In this document: positions 39,005-47,971 of the stretch, piece after piece
Layout of the letters: each line of letters starts with the position of its first letter
How positions within the stretch are numbered: the first letter of the stretch is position 1
DNA from: a virus
Lineage: Duplodnaviria > Caudoviricetes
Reading direction: 5' to 3' (one strand)
Virus record (IMG/VR): IMGVR_UViG_3300028888_000005
Location: 1 to 64,000 of that record
DNA length: 64,000 nucleotides
The notes under the pieces: model-generated
Databases searched by the model: none
The model's input: only the letters and a program-made list of their open reading frames with translations
Told to the model about the DNA's origin: nothing
Position numbers and translations under genes: made by a program

Positions 39005-39331
39005 ATGAAGCATTTCACTATGGAGATGGAAGTGGAATACACTGACATGATTTCTGACCTTGTGATCAGTGATCACGTACGTCATTGTCCGAGCTTTGAT
39101 ACTGAAGGTATGATTAGTGCTTTCATTCAAAAATCATTAGGATGCTCCGGATGCGTAGCAACCAAAGAAGCAGAACGTTGGGTATCATCTGAGAATAGTT
39201 TCATCACTGTGAATGGCAAACTCTATTCAATAGAGTGGCAATACGAGGATGAAGACGCCATTAAGTATGAACTCTACGAGACATCAATCAAGTACAAGAT
39301 GGTTGAACTTGAAGAGGACATGCCGTTCTAA
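39005..39331 (+). CDS. small early protein
   Basis: Likely ATG 39005; acidic EEDMPF tail; terminator at 39344-39381. Confidence 0.65.
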   Translation: MKHFTMEMEVEYTDMISDLVISDHVRHCPSFDTEGMISAFIQKSLGCSGCVATKEAERWVSSENSFITVNGKLYSIEWQYEDEDAIKYELYETSIKYKMVELEEDMPF

Positions 39332-39436
39332 CCAGATACACAGCCATTGCGCAGGTATGATGGACCTGCGCTTTGGTTTTTCGTTATCCCATCACCTAAA
39401 CGTGGCGGCAACACGTTAAATACCGACAACAGAGTT

Positions 39437-39721
39437 ATGTTCGCATACTCAACTAACCCGAGTGTTAAGACACAGTTCAGCATCCAGAAGGAGCGTGAGG
39501 AGAAAGCTGCACGTATCGCTGATGAAGTAGCCATGCGCAGAGACATGCAGGCAGCTATTGCACGCTACTACAGTGACGATGAATACTCATCATGGGACCT
39601 TGATGCTGATGTTGAGGCAGCTGTGTTCCATCACCTACACATGAACAAAGGTGACAGAGCCAAACGCCTTCGTGGCCTTCAGAATGCAGTTGTACGTGCA
39701 TTCATGAAGAAGTACGCATAA
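39437..39721 (+). CDS. small early protein
   Basis: Likely ATG 39437 (MFAYSTNP). Confidence 0.7.
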   Translation: MFAYSTNPSVKTQFSIQKEREEKAARIADEVAMRRDMQAAIARYYSDDEYSSWDLDADVEAAVFHHLHMNKGDRAKRLRGLQNAVVRAFMKKYA

Positions 39722-39726
39722 TAGAT

Positions 39727-39876
39727 ATGAACCGTTCCACACTACAGACAGTGGCATTGCTGATTGCGGCAGTGTCACTGCTGTTTCTGCTAAAAGGCAT
39801 TCTGTTTCCCATAGTCCTCCCATTAGCAGGACTGTGGTTAGCCTACAAACTGTTCCGTTATTCACAGCGGAAATGA
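39727..39876 (+). CDS. 49-aa hydrophobic membrane peptide (not in ORF track)
   Basis: MNRSTLQTVALLIAAVSLLFLLKGILFPIVLPLAGLWLAYKLFRYSQRK. Confidence 0.55.
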   Translation: MNRSTLQTVALLIAAVSLLFLLKGILFPIVLPLAGLWLAYKLFRYSQRK

Positions 39877-39899
39877 ACATACACTTACGTGTCTTACCT

Positions 39900-39939
39900 C
39901 AGTGGGATAGTCTATGGTGGAGATTGTCCCACTGTTTTT
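39900..39939 (+). terminator. intrinsic terminator
   Basis: CAGTGGGATAGTCT/AGATTGTCCCACTG followed by TTTTT. Confidence 0.8.
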
Positions 39940-39982
39940 ATGCATTCCATCAACTACAATAATTTAAAACATAGAAAGAACA

Positions 39983-40171
39983 ATGAGGAATTACAAATTA
40001 CTTGGCAAGCTTGAGTCTTATGCATCAAGCTGCCGTGATGCGTTAAACACAGCAAGCAACAAGCTGGCTAATCTACAAAACAAGGTAATGGTTAAGCGCA
40101 TTGAGATGCTTGACAAGGAGCTGGAAGAGCTGCGTGGTAAAGTATCACTACAAATCACTGAAAGCAAATGA
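39983..40171 (+). CDS. small coiled-coil protein
   Basis: ATGA overlap with the next gene. Confidence 0.6.
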   Translation: MRNYKLLGKLESYASSCRDALNTASNKLANLQNKVMVKRIEMLDKELEELRGKVSLQITESK

Positions 40172-40536
40172 AAAAGTATATTATTTCAATGGCAATCCCT
40201 ATTATTCTGGGATGTGCAGTAATATTCTGGCCACGACCTATTAAAGCAGAGCCAGCGCCTATCGTATCCTACAGCGAGGAGGTCATAACTGAAATATTTG
40301 ACCTTGTTTCCCAGTCCGAGAATCTACGTGATGAACTGTACAAAGCCAGTCCTGAGATAGCAGAAGCAGCATTGGTTGAGTCGCCTAACTGTCTCGTCTG
40401 TAAAGCAGCTGCTTTACTCCGCCTCCGCAGTTACGATGAGAACTGGGCAGATACACTAGGTGAGTGTATCGATGATGATGAGCTGGACTTCTGCATCTCG
40501 TACACGCTATATAGTGCCTGCCATGAAGTACATTGA
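40168..40536 (+). CDS. protein with N-terminal signal/anchor
   Basis: MKKYIISMAIPIILGCAVIFW. Confidence 0.6.
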   Translation: MKKYIISMAIPIILGCAVIFWPRPIKAEPAPIVSYSEEVITEIFDLVSQSENLRDELYKASPEIAEAALVESPNCLVCKAAALLRLRSYDENWADTLGECIDDDELDFCISYTLYSACHEVH

Positions 40537-41110
40537 CAGATATCCCGGCTGCACAGGTTGTCCACATCTCAGCTATTGTGGCAAAATGGTGAGCAGCCTA
40601 CGCTTGTGCAACAGCTACGAGAAAGATCAAGAACTAAGCAAGGAAGAGAAGCTTCCGTCAGTGATGGGTCAGCTTATCTATCGCGCCCAAATCAACTATG
40701 ACTTGTGGAAATGCATCCTTGACTTCGCCACAAAAGAAGCCAACGATGGCTATCCTGGTCTTGTTGAGTACCTTGACGAGGCTGTTAACTGTCAGTGCCA
40801 TTTGATTGAAGGCACACCATGGTGTGAGATTGAGCTAGGTGCAAACTCATTCCGTGAGGAAGAGTGGGTAGCGCTTCATCGCATAGTATCCTGTATTCAA
40901 TGGCACTATGAGAATGTCTCCAATTCTGATGTTCAGTACCAATCCTGTGAAGGACTGCAACTGAACTGGGACTATATGATGCCTAAACCATTCACTCCTA
41001 CAAAGGAGTATGAACAGTGGTTTGCAGATAATGTGGAAAATCTCACACCTGAACAAGCATCACGTGCAGTGTGTGTATTCCTTCCATTAAAAGAAGTAGT
41101 GCATGAATAA
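40523..41110 (+). CDS. hypothetical protein with Cys-rich N-terminus
   Basis: GCTGCP...YCG...LC; likely start MKYIDRY. Confidence 0.55.
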   Translation: MKYIDRYPGCTGCPHLSYCGKMVSSLRLCNSYEKDQELSKEEKLPSVMGQLIYRAQINYDLWKCILDFATKEANDGYPGLVEYLDEAVNCQCHLIEGTPWCEIELGANSFREEEWVALHRIVSCIQWHYENVSNSDVQYQSCEGLQLNWDYMMPKPFTPTKEYEQWFADNVENLTPEQASRAVCVFLPLKEVVHE

Positions 41111-41735
41111 CCTAGGTGTGTTCATTTACAATATCGTACTTGACACAACACACACACCAGACGAAAAACAGCTGTACGGAATCTTAGAGCGCTCAGCACC
41201 TGAGTACGAGTTACGCAGGCTTCTGGGCGCTTTTAAGATCCCTTACGTCACATATCTCATCAACAAGATATATGATAAGCGCTATATATGTGTCTGTGCT
41301 GATACCGAGACAGCTAGAGCCCTGTTTATGCATTCCATGATAGGCAGTGCCTGTGCACTCGGCGAGAACAGTGACATAGATGAGCAGAACATCAACCGAT
41401 TCAATAAAGGAGACGTAGAGCACCTGTTCATTACACCGCAGACATATATCCCTGAACTTAAGGATGTTGATGCTGTTGTCTTTGCGCAACCATCAGTAGA
41501 TGATATTGCAACGCTGAACGGCATATTGCCAGCGATGCATGAATCAGAACATCCTAAAGTGTACTTCTTCATGCACCATGATACAATAGACTGTGCACTG
41601 AAGAATGATGTGTGGGACATCAGTCCAACCACAACGGAAGTGGAATTTCCGTATAACCGCTTAACAAAAGAAAGAACATGGACGACGGCTACATCGTTCA
41701 CACAAGAGAAGGCATGTTCCTCGGTGCCTTCCTAG
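41103..41735 (+). CDS. degenerate SF2 helicase C-terminal-like protein
   Basis: NINRFNKGDVEHLFI...DVDAVVFAQP; no ATPase motifs. Confidence 0.4.
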   Translation: MNNLGVFIYNIVLDTTHTPDEKQLYGILERSAPEYELRRLLGAFKIPYVTYLINKIYDKRYICVCADTETARALFMHSMIGSACALGENSDIDEQNINRFNKGDVEHLFITPQTYIPELKDVDAVVFAQPSVDDIATLNGILPAMHESEHPKVYFFMHHDTIDCALKNDVWDISPTTTEVEFPYNRLTKERTWTTATSFTQEKACSSVPS

Positions 41736-41935
41736 ACATTCACGAAGCCGCAAGATTCCGCTATGAATGCAAAGACAGTGATAAGCTCGAGATCTCCAAG
41801 GAGAGCAGCTATCGTCAGAGGTTCCTGAAGCCGGTGCAGGATAAGGTCACTGGTAGGTTATTACAGATAGTCGATAAACGCTATGAAAGAAAAAGAGTTG
41901 AGCAAACAAGCACAGAACTTTGTGAGTGCATGTAA
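41678..41935 (+). CDS. hypothetical protein
   Basis: ORF track; true 3' end may be shorter. Confidence 0.45.
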   Translation: MDDGYIVHTREGMFLGAFLDIHEAARFRYECKDSDKLEISKESSYRQRFLKPVQDKVTGRLLQIVDKRYERKRVEQTSTELCECM

Positions 41936-42062
41936 AGGTGGCAGCATCAACACCATCCACGGACTGTTACATTATCAGTCACAGTCCATTAAGGATGAGC
42001 TTATGGTGCATTATAAAGCCGACAGCTATGACGAACTTGCACTCAGGCTGTCACAAGGTTAG
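41883..42062 (+). CDS. 59-aa hypothetical protein (not in ORF track)
   Basis: MKEKELSKQAQNFVSACKGG...LALRLSQG, ends in TAG. Confidence 0.45.
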   Translation: MKEKELSKQAQNFVSACKGGSINTIHGLLHYQSQSIKDELMVHYKADSYDELALRLSQG

Positions 42063-42282
42063 AATTGTACCTGACACCAGGGTCTCTGCATTCACCTATG
42101 CGGAGGCCCTTAAATATCTGAAGGAGCATAACCATCTGTATCGTGATTTCACATGGGACATGTGGCTATTCCTTCAGCTAGACCCTGACAAAGAGCTCCT
42201 GCAAGCTGTGGATGACTACTGGATGCCGTCAGCTTATGCAGAACTGGAAAATAAATATCCAGAATTGGCTGAGAAAACGTAA
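42028..42282 (+). CDS. hypothetical protein
   Basis: C-terminal part of ORF 41926-42282; start uncertain. Confidence 0.45.
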   Translation: MTNLHSGCHKVRIVPDTRVSAFTYAEALKYLKEHNHLYRDFTWDMWLFLQLDPDKELLQAVDDYWMPSAYAELENKYPELAEKT

Positions 42283-42317
42283 GAATATTCTTAACTTTGC
42301 ATATTCAATAAGGCAAG

Positions 42318-43559
42318 ATGGAATTAGAACGTACATCATCGTTACTCGATAAGACGATGGATGAGATCCATGAGAACATCACTCGTCTTGAACAGGGGAA
42401 TATGAACTGTATTCCCTATCCTTTCCAGAGAAGTCGCAAAGACTTCCCTGGCATTGAGCGTCGTTGTTACTATGCTGTGATGGCTAATACCAAAGTTGGC
42501 AAGTCACAGTTCGTCAATGATGTGTTCGTCTTTGAACCCATCATGGAGATGTACTATGGCGCAACTGACCTTGAGGTTAATATCCTCTATTGTGCCCTTG
42601 AGGAGACTCCTGAGCGCATCATGCAGCGCTTTATGGCGTGGTTGCTGTACAGGGAAAGCGGAGGTAAGGTCCGTGTATCCCCTCGACAAATACGCTCCAC
42701 GCTGCACAAGTGTCCGCAAGAGGCACTTGATATGCTGCAAGATGAACATATCAAAGAGATTCTTGAGTTCTTTGAGAACCATATTACTTTCCTGCCACGC
42801 AGTGAATCCAACCCGACAGGTATCTACAATTACTGTAAAGCCTGGGCAGAAGAGCGTGGTGACACGATCTACAAGGAATATGTAACTAAAGATGTGTTTG
42901 ACCAAGAGACCACAAACAAGGTGTTTGAGCGGTATATCCCGCACAATCCTGACGCATTCAATATCGTGATCATCGACCCCATTAACCGCGTCGATAGAGA
43001 ACGAGGGATGGATGAGCGCCAGAGTATGCGTAAGCTCTCAGAGTATTGCTACAGGTATCTTCGCAATGACTACCTGTTCTCTGTTGTCATCGTACAGCAG
43101 CAAACCTTTGGCAGCTATTCACTTGATGCCCGCAAAATCAACCATTTTGAGCCCAACATGGGTGATGCTGGTGGTAGCAAGGAAATCCTGCAAGATGTGG
43201 ATGTAGCCATGTCGCTCTACAATCCGAGTGAGTTCGGTGTTGAGAGCTATGGCGGCTATGACATCCGCAAACTAGGTAAACGCAGCCGATTCGTGAAGTA
43301 TATGGCTGCACGAGATGGCGAAGGCAGTGGCATCACGTCACTGTTCTTCGATGGATGCTGCGCTCAATTTAATGAGCTCCCTACTCCTGGTAATGCGGCC
43401 GAGATGCAGGCAGTGTACAACTACTGCGAACAGATGAATCTCAAGCACACACCAGAAGAACTAGCTGCACTGAATCCGTTTATACGGAAATACCAGCAGC
43501 CACAACAGCCTAAACAAGGCATAATTGACAGTTTTATTAACTTAATGTTTAGTCATTAA
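42318..43559 (+). CDS. DnaB-like replicative helicase
   Basis: ANTKVGKS Walker A, ALEE, IVIIDP, VVIVQQ, AARDG; TAACTTTG box at 42292-42299. Confidence 0.85.
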   Translation: MELERTSSLLDKTMDEIHENITRLEQGNMNCIPYPFQRSRKDFPGIERRCYYAVMANTKVGKSQFVNDVFVFEPIMEMYYGATDLEVNILYCALEETPERIMQRFMAWLLYRESGGKVRVSPRQIRSTLHKCPQEALDMLQDEHIKEILEFFENHITFLPRSESNPTGIYNYCKAWAEERGDTIYKEYVTKDVFDQETTNKVFERYIPHNPDAFNIVIIDPINRVDRERGMDERQSMRKLSEYCYRYLRNDYLFSVVIVQQQTFGSYSLDARKINHFEPNMGDAGGSKEILQDVDVAMSLYNPSEFGVESYGGYDIRKLGKRSRFVKYMAARDGEGSGITSLFFDGCCAQFNELPTPGNAAEMQAVYNYCEQMNLKHTPEELAALNPFIRKYQQPQQPKQGIIDSFINLMFSH

Positions 43560-44143
43560 TGGCAGTAACAGTAAACAATGCTCCGTCTTCACTCGATGAG
43601 CTTGGTGTGCTTTTGGTCCTAAAAGCAATGAGTGAGACAAAGGCAAAAAGCGCAACAGCGTACTTCACTAGAACGCTAAACAAGCTCATTAATCAAGGAT
43701 TAGTAATCTCGCAAGACGGCAGAATGGTCATCACTGAACAGGCGCAATCCATCATGGACACAATCGATGAAGGAGAAAAGCCCACAAACCTCACAGCACT
43801 GGCATCGCAGATGCGTGAAGTGTATCCCGCTGGTGAACAACCAGGTACAGGACACTTGTGGCGTTGTTCAGTCCCGACAGCCGTTGAAAGGCTTACTAAA
43901 CTCATCAAGAAGAAGAACTTCTCATTCACAGCCGAAGAAGCCATTGAAGCAACCAAGGCGTATGTGAACAGCTACAGCAACGGAGCCAAAATCCGCACCA
44001 TGCAGTACTTCATCTTCAAGAACGTCATTGAAGACGGCGAGGAAGTGATGAAGAGTGAACTCATGGAATGGATTTACCGTATCCGTGACGGCATTGAAGC
44101 ACAGCAATCCTATCAGCAAACAGAATTATCTAACTTTTATTAA
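43559..44143 (+). CDS. conserved crAss replication-region protein
   Basis: wHTH-like N-term, YP...GT...WR motif, coupled to the helicase gene. Confidence 0.55.
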   Translation: MAVTVNNAPSSLDELGVLLVLKAMSETKAKSATAYFTRTLNKLINQGLVISQDGRMVITEQAQSIMDTIDEGEKPTNLTALASQMREVYPAGEQPGTGHLWRCSVPTAVERLTKLIKKKNFSFTAEEAIEATKAYVNSYSNGAKIRTMQYFIFKNVIEDGEEVMKSELMEWIYRIRDGIEAQQSYQQTELSNFY

Positions 44144-44158
44144 TCAATAACCAATCAA

Positions 44159-44446
44159 ATGAAGATTATAATTGTAACATTCGGCGTTGCAGAAGCCAGA
44201 CCCAACTGTACCAAAAAGTACCGTTTCCGTACCAACTCAGACCTGAAGCCCGGTGACGTGCTTCGTTCACGTGACTACGACAGCGAGATTACTGTTGTGG
44301 ATGTACTCGAGAAGGACTATAAGTACTACAACCAAATCAATGGTGAGATGAGCAACGAGATTACCTCGACTTTCCAGTGGCCCATCAAGACCCTCGAAGT
44401 GTGTGAGAAGAAGAACGATATCGTTTACGCAACAATAGTGAAGTAA
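44159..44446 (+). CDS. hypothetical protein
   Basis: Operon packing. Confidence 0.6.
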   Translation: MKIIIVTFGVAEARPNCTKKYRFRTNSDLKPGDVLRSRDYDSEITVVDVLEKDYKYYNQINGEMSNEITSTFQWPIKTLEVCEKKNDIVYATIVK

Positions 44447-45036
44447 TGAGTGAGACAACAGCACAGAGCGTTTACGCAACGCTAAGCAGAATCAACGTCA
44501 ACGAACACGTTGAGCAGAAGAACGGCTTAACCTACCTCAGTTGGGCATGGGCATGGGGTATTGTCAAAGAGCACTACCCCAATGCTACGTACACTATTTA
44601 CGAGAATGCCCAAGGCTGGAACTACCACACCGATGGCAAGACGGCATGGGTGAAGACTGGTGTTACCATCCAAGATATTGAACATATTGAGGAACTTCCT
44701 GTCATGGACTTCCGCAATCAGTCCATTCCCGCCGATAAGGTAACCAGCTTTGATGTCAATAAGGCTATTCAGCGCTCATTGACCAAGGCTGTTGCCCGTC
44801 ATGGCCTCGGCCTCTACATCTATGCAGGTGAAGACTTACCTGAGGAAGAGGTAAGAAAGGCTCGTGCAACGTCTGAATCAGACCTGCCAACAGCTATCGC
44901 TGAACTCGATGCCTGCAAGACTACAGAAGATGTGAGCAAGGTCTGGGAGAAGTGGAAGAAGATTCACCCTGAATATGTCAAGCAAGGACATAAGTTCTTC
45001 GTTCACTCCAACTCACTTGACGTAGAGTTCGCATAA
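44446..45036 (+). CDS. Sak3/DUF1071-like ssDNA-annealing protein
   Basis: LTYLSWAWAW, LPVMD, NKAIQRSLTKAVARHGLGLYIYAGEDLP. Confidence 0.85.
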   Translation: MSETTAQSVYATLSRINVNEHVEQKNGLTYLSWAWAWGIVKEHYPNATYTIYENAQGWNYHTDGKTAWVKTGVTIQDIEHIEELPVMDFRNQSIPADKVTSFDVNKAIQRSLTKAVARHGLGLYIYAGEDLPEEEVRKARATSESDLPTAIAELDACKTTEDVSKVWEKWKKIHPEYVKQGHKFFVHSNSLDVEFA

Positions 45037-45090
45037 TCAACATCAACTAACAACTAATTATCAATTCATTTATTAAACATTATTTCAATT

Positions 45091-46017
45091 ATGAAGGAAT
45101 TTAAGAACAACGAGAAATCTCAGATCTTGGCAATGGCACGCTTCCTGTACACCAACTACACAATCAAGCGTGAGAAAGTGGAGAACCAGCTCAAGACAGC
45201 CGAGGATAAGTTCGACTTTAACGGCAAGCTTGAGGCTTATCGTAAGAAGCTTGAGGAGCAGTACAACGAAAGAACCAAGAGCCTTCGTGCCAAGATCGAG
45301 GAATACAAGCAGCAGGAAGAGGTCATGAGTGGCCCCATCCGTACTCTGCTGCTCGACAATCATCCTATCGAAGAAGTGGTCAACGTAGGCTATGTAAGCG
45401 AAGGTGATGGTAAACGCAGGCTCACTGCTACGTTCAAGTATCCAGATACCATCCTGCCTCCTGAGGATAACCTCGGCATTGAAGGTACGGTTGACGAAGG
45501 TCCCGAGTATGACGGTGCTGGTTTCAACGGTAGTGCTGAAGAGCTTGCAGCTGACATAGAGCAAGAGCGCCTTGCTGACGAGGCCCGTGCAGATGCTATG
45601 CATGACTGCGAGGAGCGTGAAGCTGACATCGATGTTGATATGCAGGGCGAGTTCAAGCCTATCGAGGAAGGCCCTGCTATGCCTCCTATGGACGAGGTAA
45701 TGCAGGAAGTTGACGAGCTCGTAGACGAGGCTGCTGCCCTGACTGAGGCTTACGGTGACGAGAAGCCTGACTACTACATCCCCGAGGAGACCAAGGAGAT
45801 GGGTGACAGCTTTGTTGAAGCTATGCAGCAAGTCGTAGATTCCGATCCTGTATCACAGGAAGAGATGGAACAGCTTGAGCGTGAAGCCAACGAGATGGAA
45901 GCCATGTTCGATGATCCCAGCACTGATGACGATGACAGTGAGTCTCCTTGGGACGATGATGACGACGCATCCGATGAGGATGGCGGTGAAGATGACGATA
46001 ACTTTGACATCTTGTAA
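45091..46017 (+). CDS. coiled-coil protein with long acidic C-terminal region
   Basis: About 180 D/E-rich C-terminal residues; terminator at about 46032-46067. Confidence 0.75.
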   Translation: MKEFKNNEKSQILAMARFLYTNYTIKREKVENQLKTAEDKFDFNGKLEAYRKKLEEQYNERTKSLRAKIEEYKQQEEVMSGPIRTLLLDNHPIEEVVNVGYVSEGDGKRRLTATFKYPDTILPPEDNLGIEGTVDEGPEYDGAGFNGSAEELAADIEQERLADEARADAMHDCEEREADIDVDMQGEFKPIEEGPAMPPMDEVMQEVDELVDEAAALTEAYGDEKPDYYIPEETKEMGDSFVEAMQQVVDSDPVSQEEMEQLEREANEMEAMFDDPSTDDDDSESPWDDDDDASDEDGGEDDDNFDIL

Positions 46018-46133
46018 TATATAGTGACCTGTGGGGTGGTTACGCGTCTGTGTGCCACCCCATTTTTATTACTAATAACAAAATATTTATTCACAAACCA
46101 AACATTTTTATTAACTATTTAAACGTTTAAATT

Positions 46134-46979
46134 ATGGCTTTATCACAAGGAAGAGGAACCGAGACCAGTAACAGTTACAAACTGTATTCAGGCATTGATA
46201 GGTTTAAGGTGTTGGGTGTTAACCCTGACCTAGAGACACTCAAGAGCTGGGGCGTGAATTTGAAAAACGAACCCAACTATACCCGTACAGATGATGACGG
46301 CACTAAGTGTGCTGACATTGTTGTATGGGTAAAGTCAGTGAAGTTTCCTGATCTCGTAACTCACGTGGACTTTACTGTCCGTAACAAGAAGAACGAAGCC
46401 ACCATTGAAGGTGTGCACAAGACGGAAATGATCGACTGCTTCGGCAACACAGCTTGGTTGTCTGATGACGAGGTACGCAACAAGATTGTCCCTCTGCTCA
46501 AGAGCGGCAAGCCGTCTCCGTTCTATCCTCAGAATATGAGGCCCAGTCGACGTGGTGAACGTGCACTCACTGAGTTCTTCAAGTTCTTCGTGAACGTGGC
46601 AGACAGCCATGATTACAAGGACGGAAGCTGGGTACTTCGCGGTAACGCAGAGAATGACGCAAACTACCGCTTTGAGGAGATCAACAAGTATTTCCTCGGC
46701 GATGTAACCGAGCTGCGTGGCGAGATTGAGAAGTGGCCCGAAGACACAGTCAAACTGCTTTGCGGTGTCTATAGTGACAAGTCTGGGCGTATGCGTCAGA
46801 CTGTGTATCCTGACCTGTGCTTCAGAGCAGCAGCTGCCACTGCTAAGATTGGACCTAAGTTCTCTAAGGAGATCTCATCACGTAAGGCTAAAGGCCGCCT
46901 GAGTAACCACGACTACATCTTTGACGAGATTCAGGAGTGGGGAGTGACTCCCTCATCAAAGGAAGAGTCCAACGAGTAA
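46134..46979 (+). CDS. putative ssDNA-binding/replication protein
   Basis: KLYSG...VLGVNP motif; position before primase. Confidence 0.5.
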   Translation: MALSQGRGTETSNSYKLYSGIDRFKVLGVNPDLETLKSWGVNLKNEPNYTRTDDDGTKCADIVVWVKSVKFPDLVTHVDFTVRNKKNEATIEGVHKTEMIDCFGNTAWLSDDEVRNKIVPLLKSGKPSPFYPQNMRPSRRGERALTEFFKFFVNVADSHDYKDGSWVLRGNAENDANYRFEEINKYFLGDVTELRGEIEKWPEDTVKLLCGVYSDKSGRMRQTVYPDLCFRAAAATAKIGPKFSKEISSRKAKGRLSNHDYIFDEIQEWGVTPSSKEESNE

Positions 46980-47971
46980 TGCTATCCGAAGGCAGACCGA
47001 GTATCTCTGCTGAGGACCTCTACAACCGCATATCCGGCGAGGAAATACTTCGCCGGTATGTGGGAGTGGAGTATATCCCGTCACTAATCCATTCCCCGCT
47101 ACGTGAGGATGAACATAAATCATTCTCACTGTTCTATTCACAGGACGGAACAACTGTACTGTGGAAAGACCATGCCAGTGGAATGGCTGGTGATGCGATA
47201 GGTCTGCTATCATTAATGTGGGGTAAGCCCCGTGAGGAAGTCATACAAAGTGTTTGGTCTGAATGTGACTGTGCCTCACGGGAGCTTGTTCCCGTTAAAC
47301 CAAGACCACCAGAGCCCACAGAGATCCAGATTAAGGTACGCAAAGCTACTAAGCAGGATATAGAGTATTGGTCCGGCTATGGCGTGCCTAAGGAATGGCT
47401 GAAGTTCGCAGGTATCGTACCCATATCGCACTTTGTGCTGGTATGCGGATCACGGTGCTGCATCTATAAAGCCGATGATCTTGCTTATGCGTACACATCC
47501 GATGCAGGTATCAAGGTATACCAACCACACCATCCGACAATCAAATGGCGGTCATCACAGAAGAAAGGATATGTCCAGCTGTATGATAAACTGCCTTCAT
47601 ACGGAAACATTGTAGTGGTATGCTCATCTATGAAAGACGCTCTGTGCCTGTGGGCGCAGACAGGAATCCCAGCTATAGCACCAGGTAGTGAAGGAACATC
47701 CCTTCCGCCATCTATGGTCGATGACCTAAAGCAACGATTCCACAGATGTTGCATACTCTACGATAACGACAAAGCAGGACAAGGCTATGCAAAAGAAGCC
47801 GCGCTTGAGACAGGATTTGAACTGATTACATTACCTCAATTCAATGAAGGCAAGGATATCAGTGACCTGTACAAGAGCCTCGGCAACCCTACTGAGTTTA
47901 AACATCAAATGATTAGGTTGATTGATGGTCCCACACAGGTACCGGAAACAACCGATGAACTGCCCTTCTAA
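46979..47971 (+). CDS. DNA primase (TOPRIM)
   Basis: SPLRED, WKDH, SSMKDA, YDNDKAG, KDISD; TAATG overlap at 46979. Confidence 0.85.
   Translation: MLSEGRPSISAEDLYNRISGEEILRRYVGVEYIPSLIHSPLREDEHKSFSLFYSQDGTTVLWKDHASGMAGDAIGLLSLMWGKPREEVIQSVWSECDCASRELVPVKPRPPEPTEIQIKVRKATKQDIEYWSGYGVPKEWLKFAGIVPISHFVLVCGSRCCIYKADDLAYAYTSDAGIKVYQPHHPTIKWRSSQKKGYVQLYDKLPSYGNIVVVCSSMKDALCLWAQTGIPAIAPGSEGTSLPPSMVDDLKQRFHRCCILYDNDKAGQGYAKEAALETGFELITLPQFNEGKDISDLYKSLGNPTEFKHQMIRLIDGPTQVPETTDELPF

Noticed and set aside
39399-39440. Pistol ribozyme (CGTG..CACG-TTAAATA)
   Set aside because: The P2/P3 helices and cleavage-site elements are missing; kept only as a pseudoknot.
45085-45831. 248-aa minus-strand ORF
   Set aside because: Antisense shadow of the acidic protein gene.
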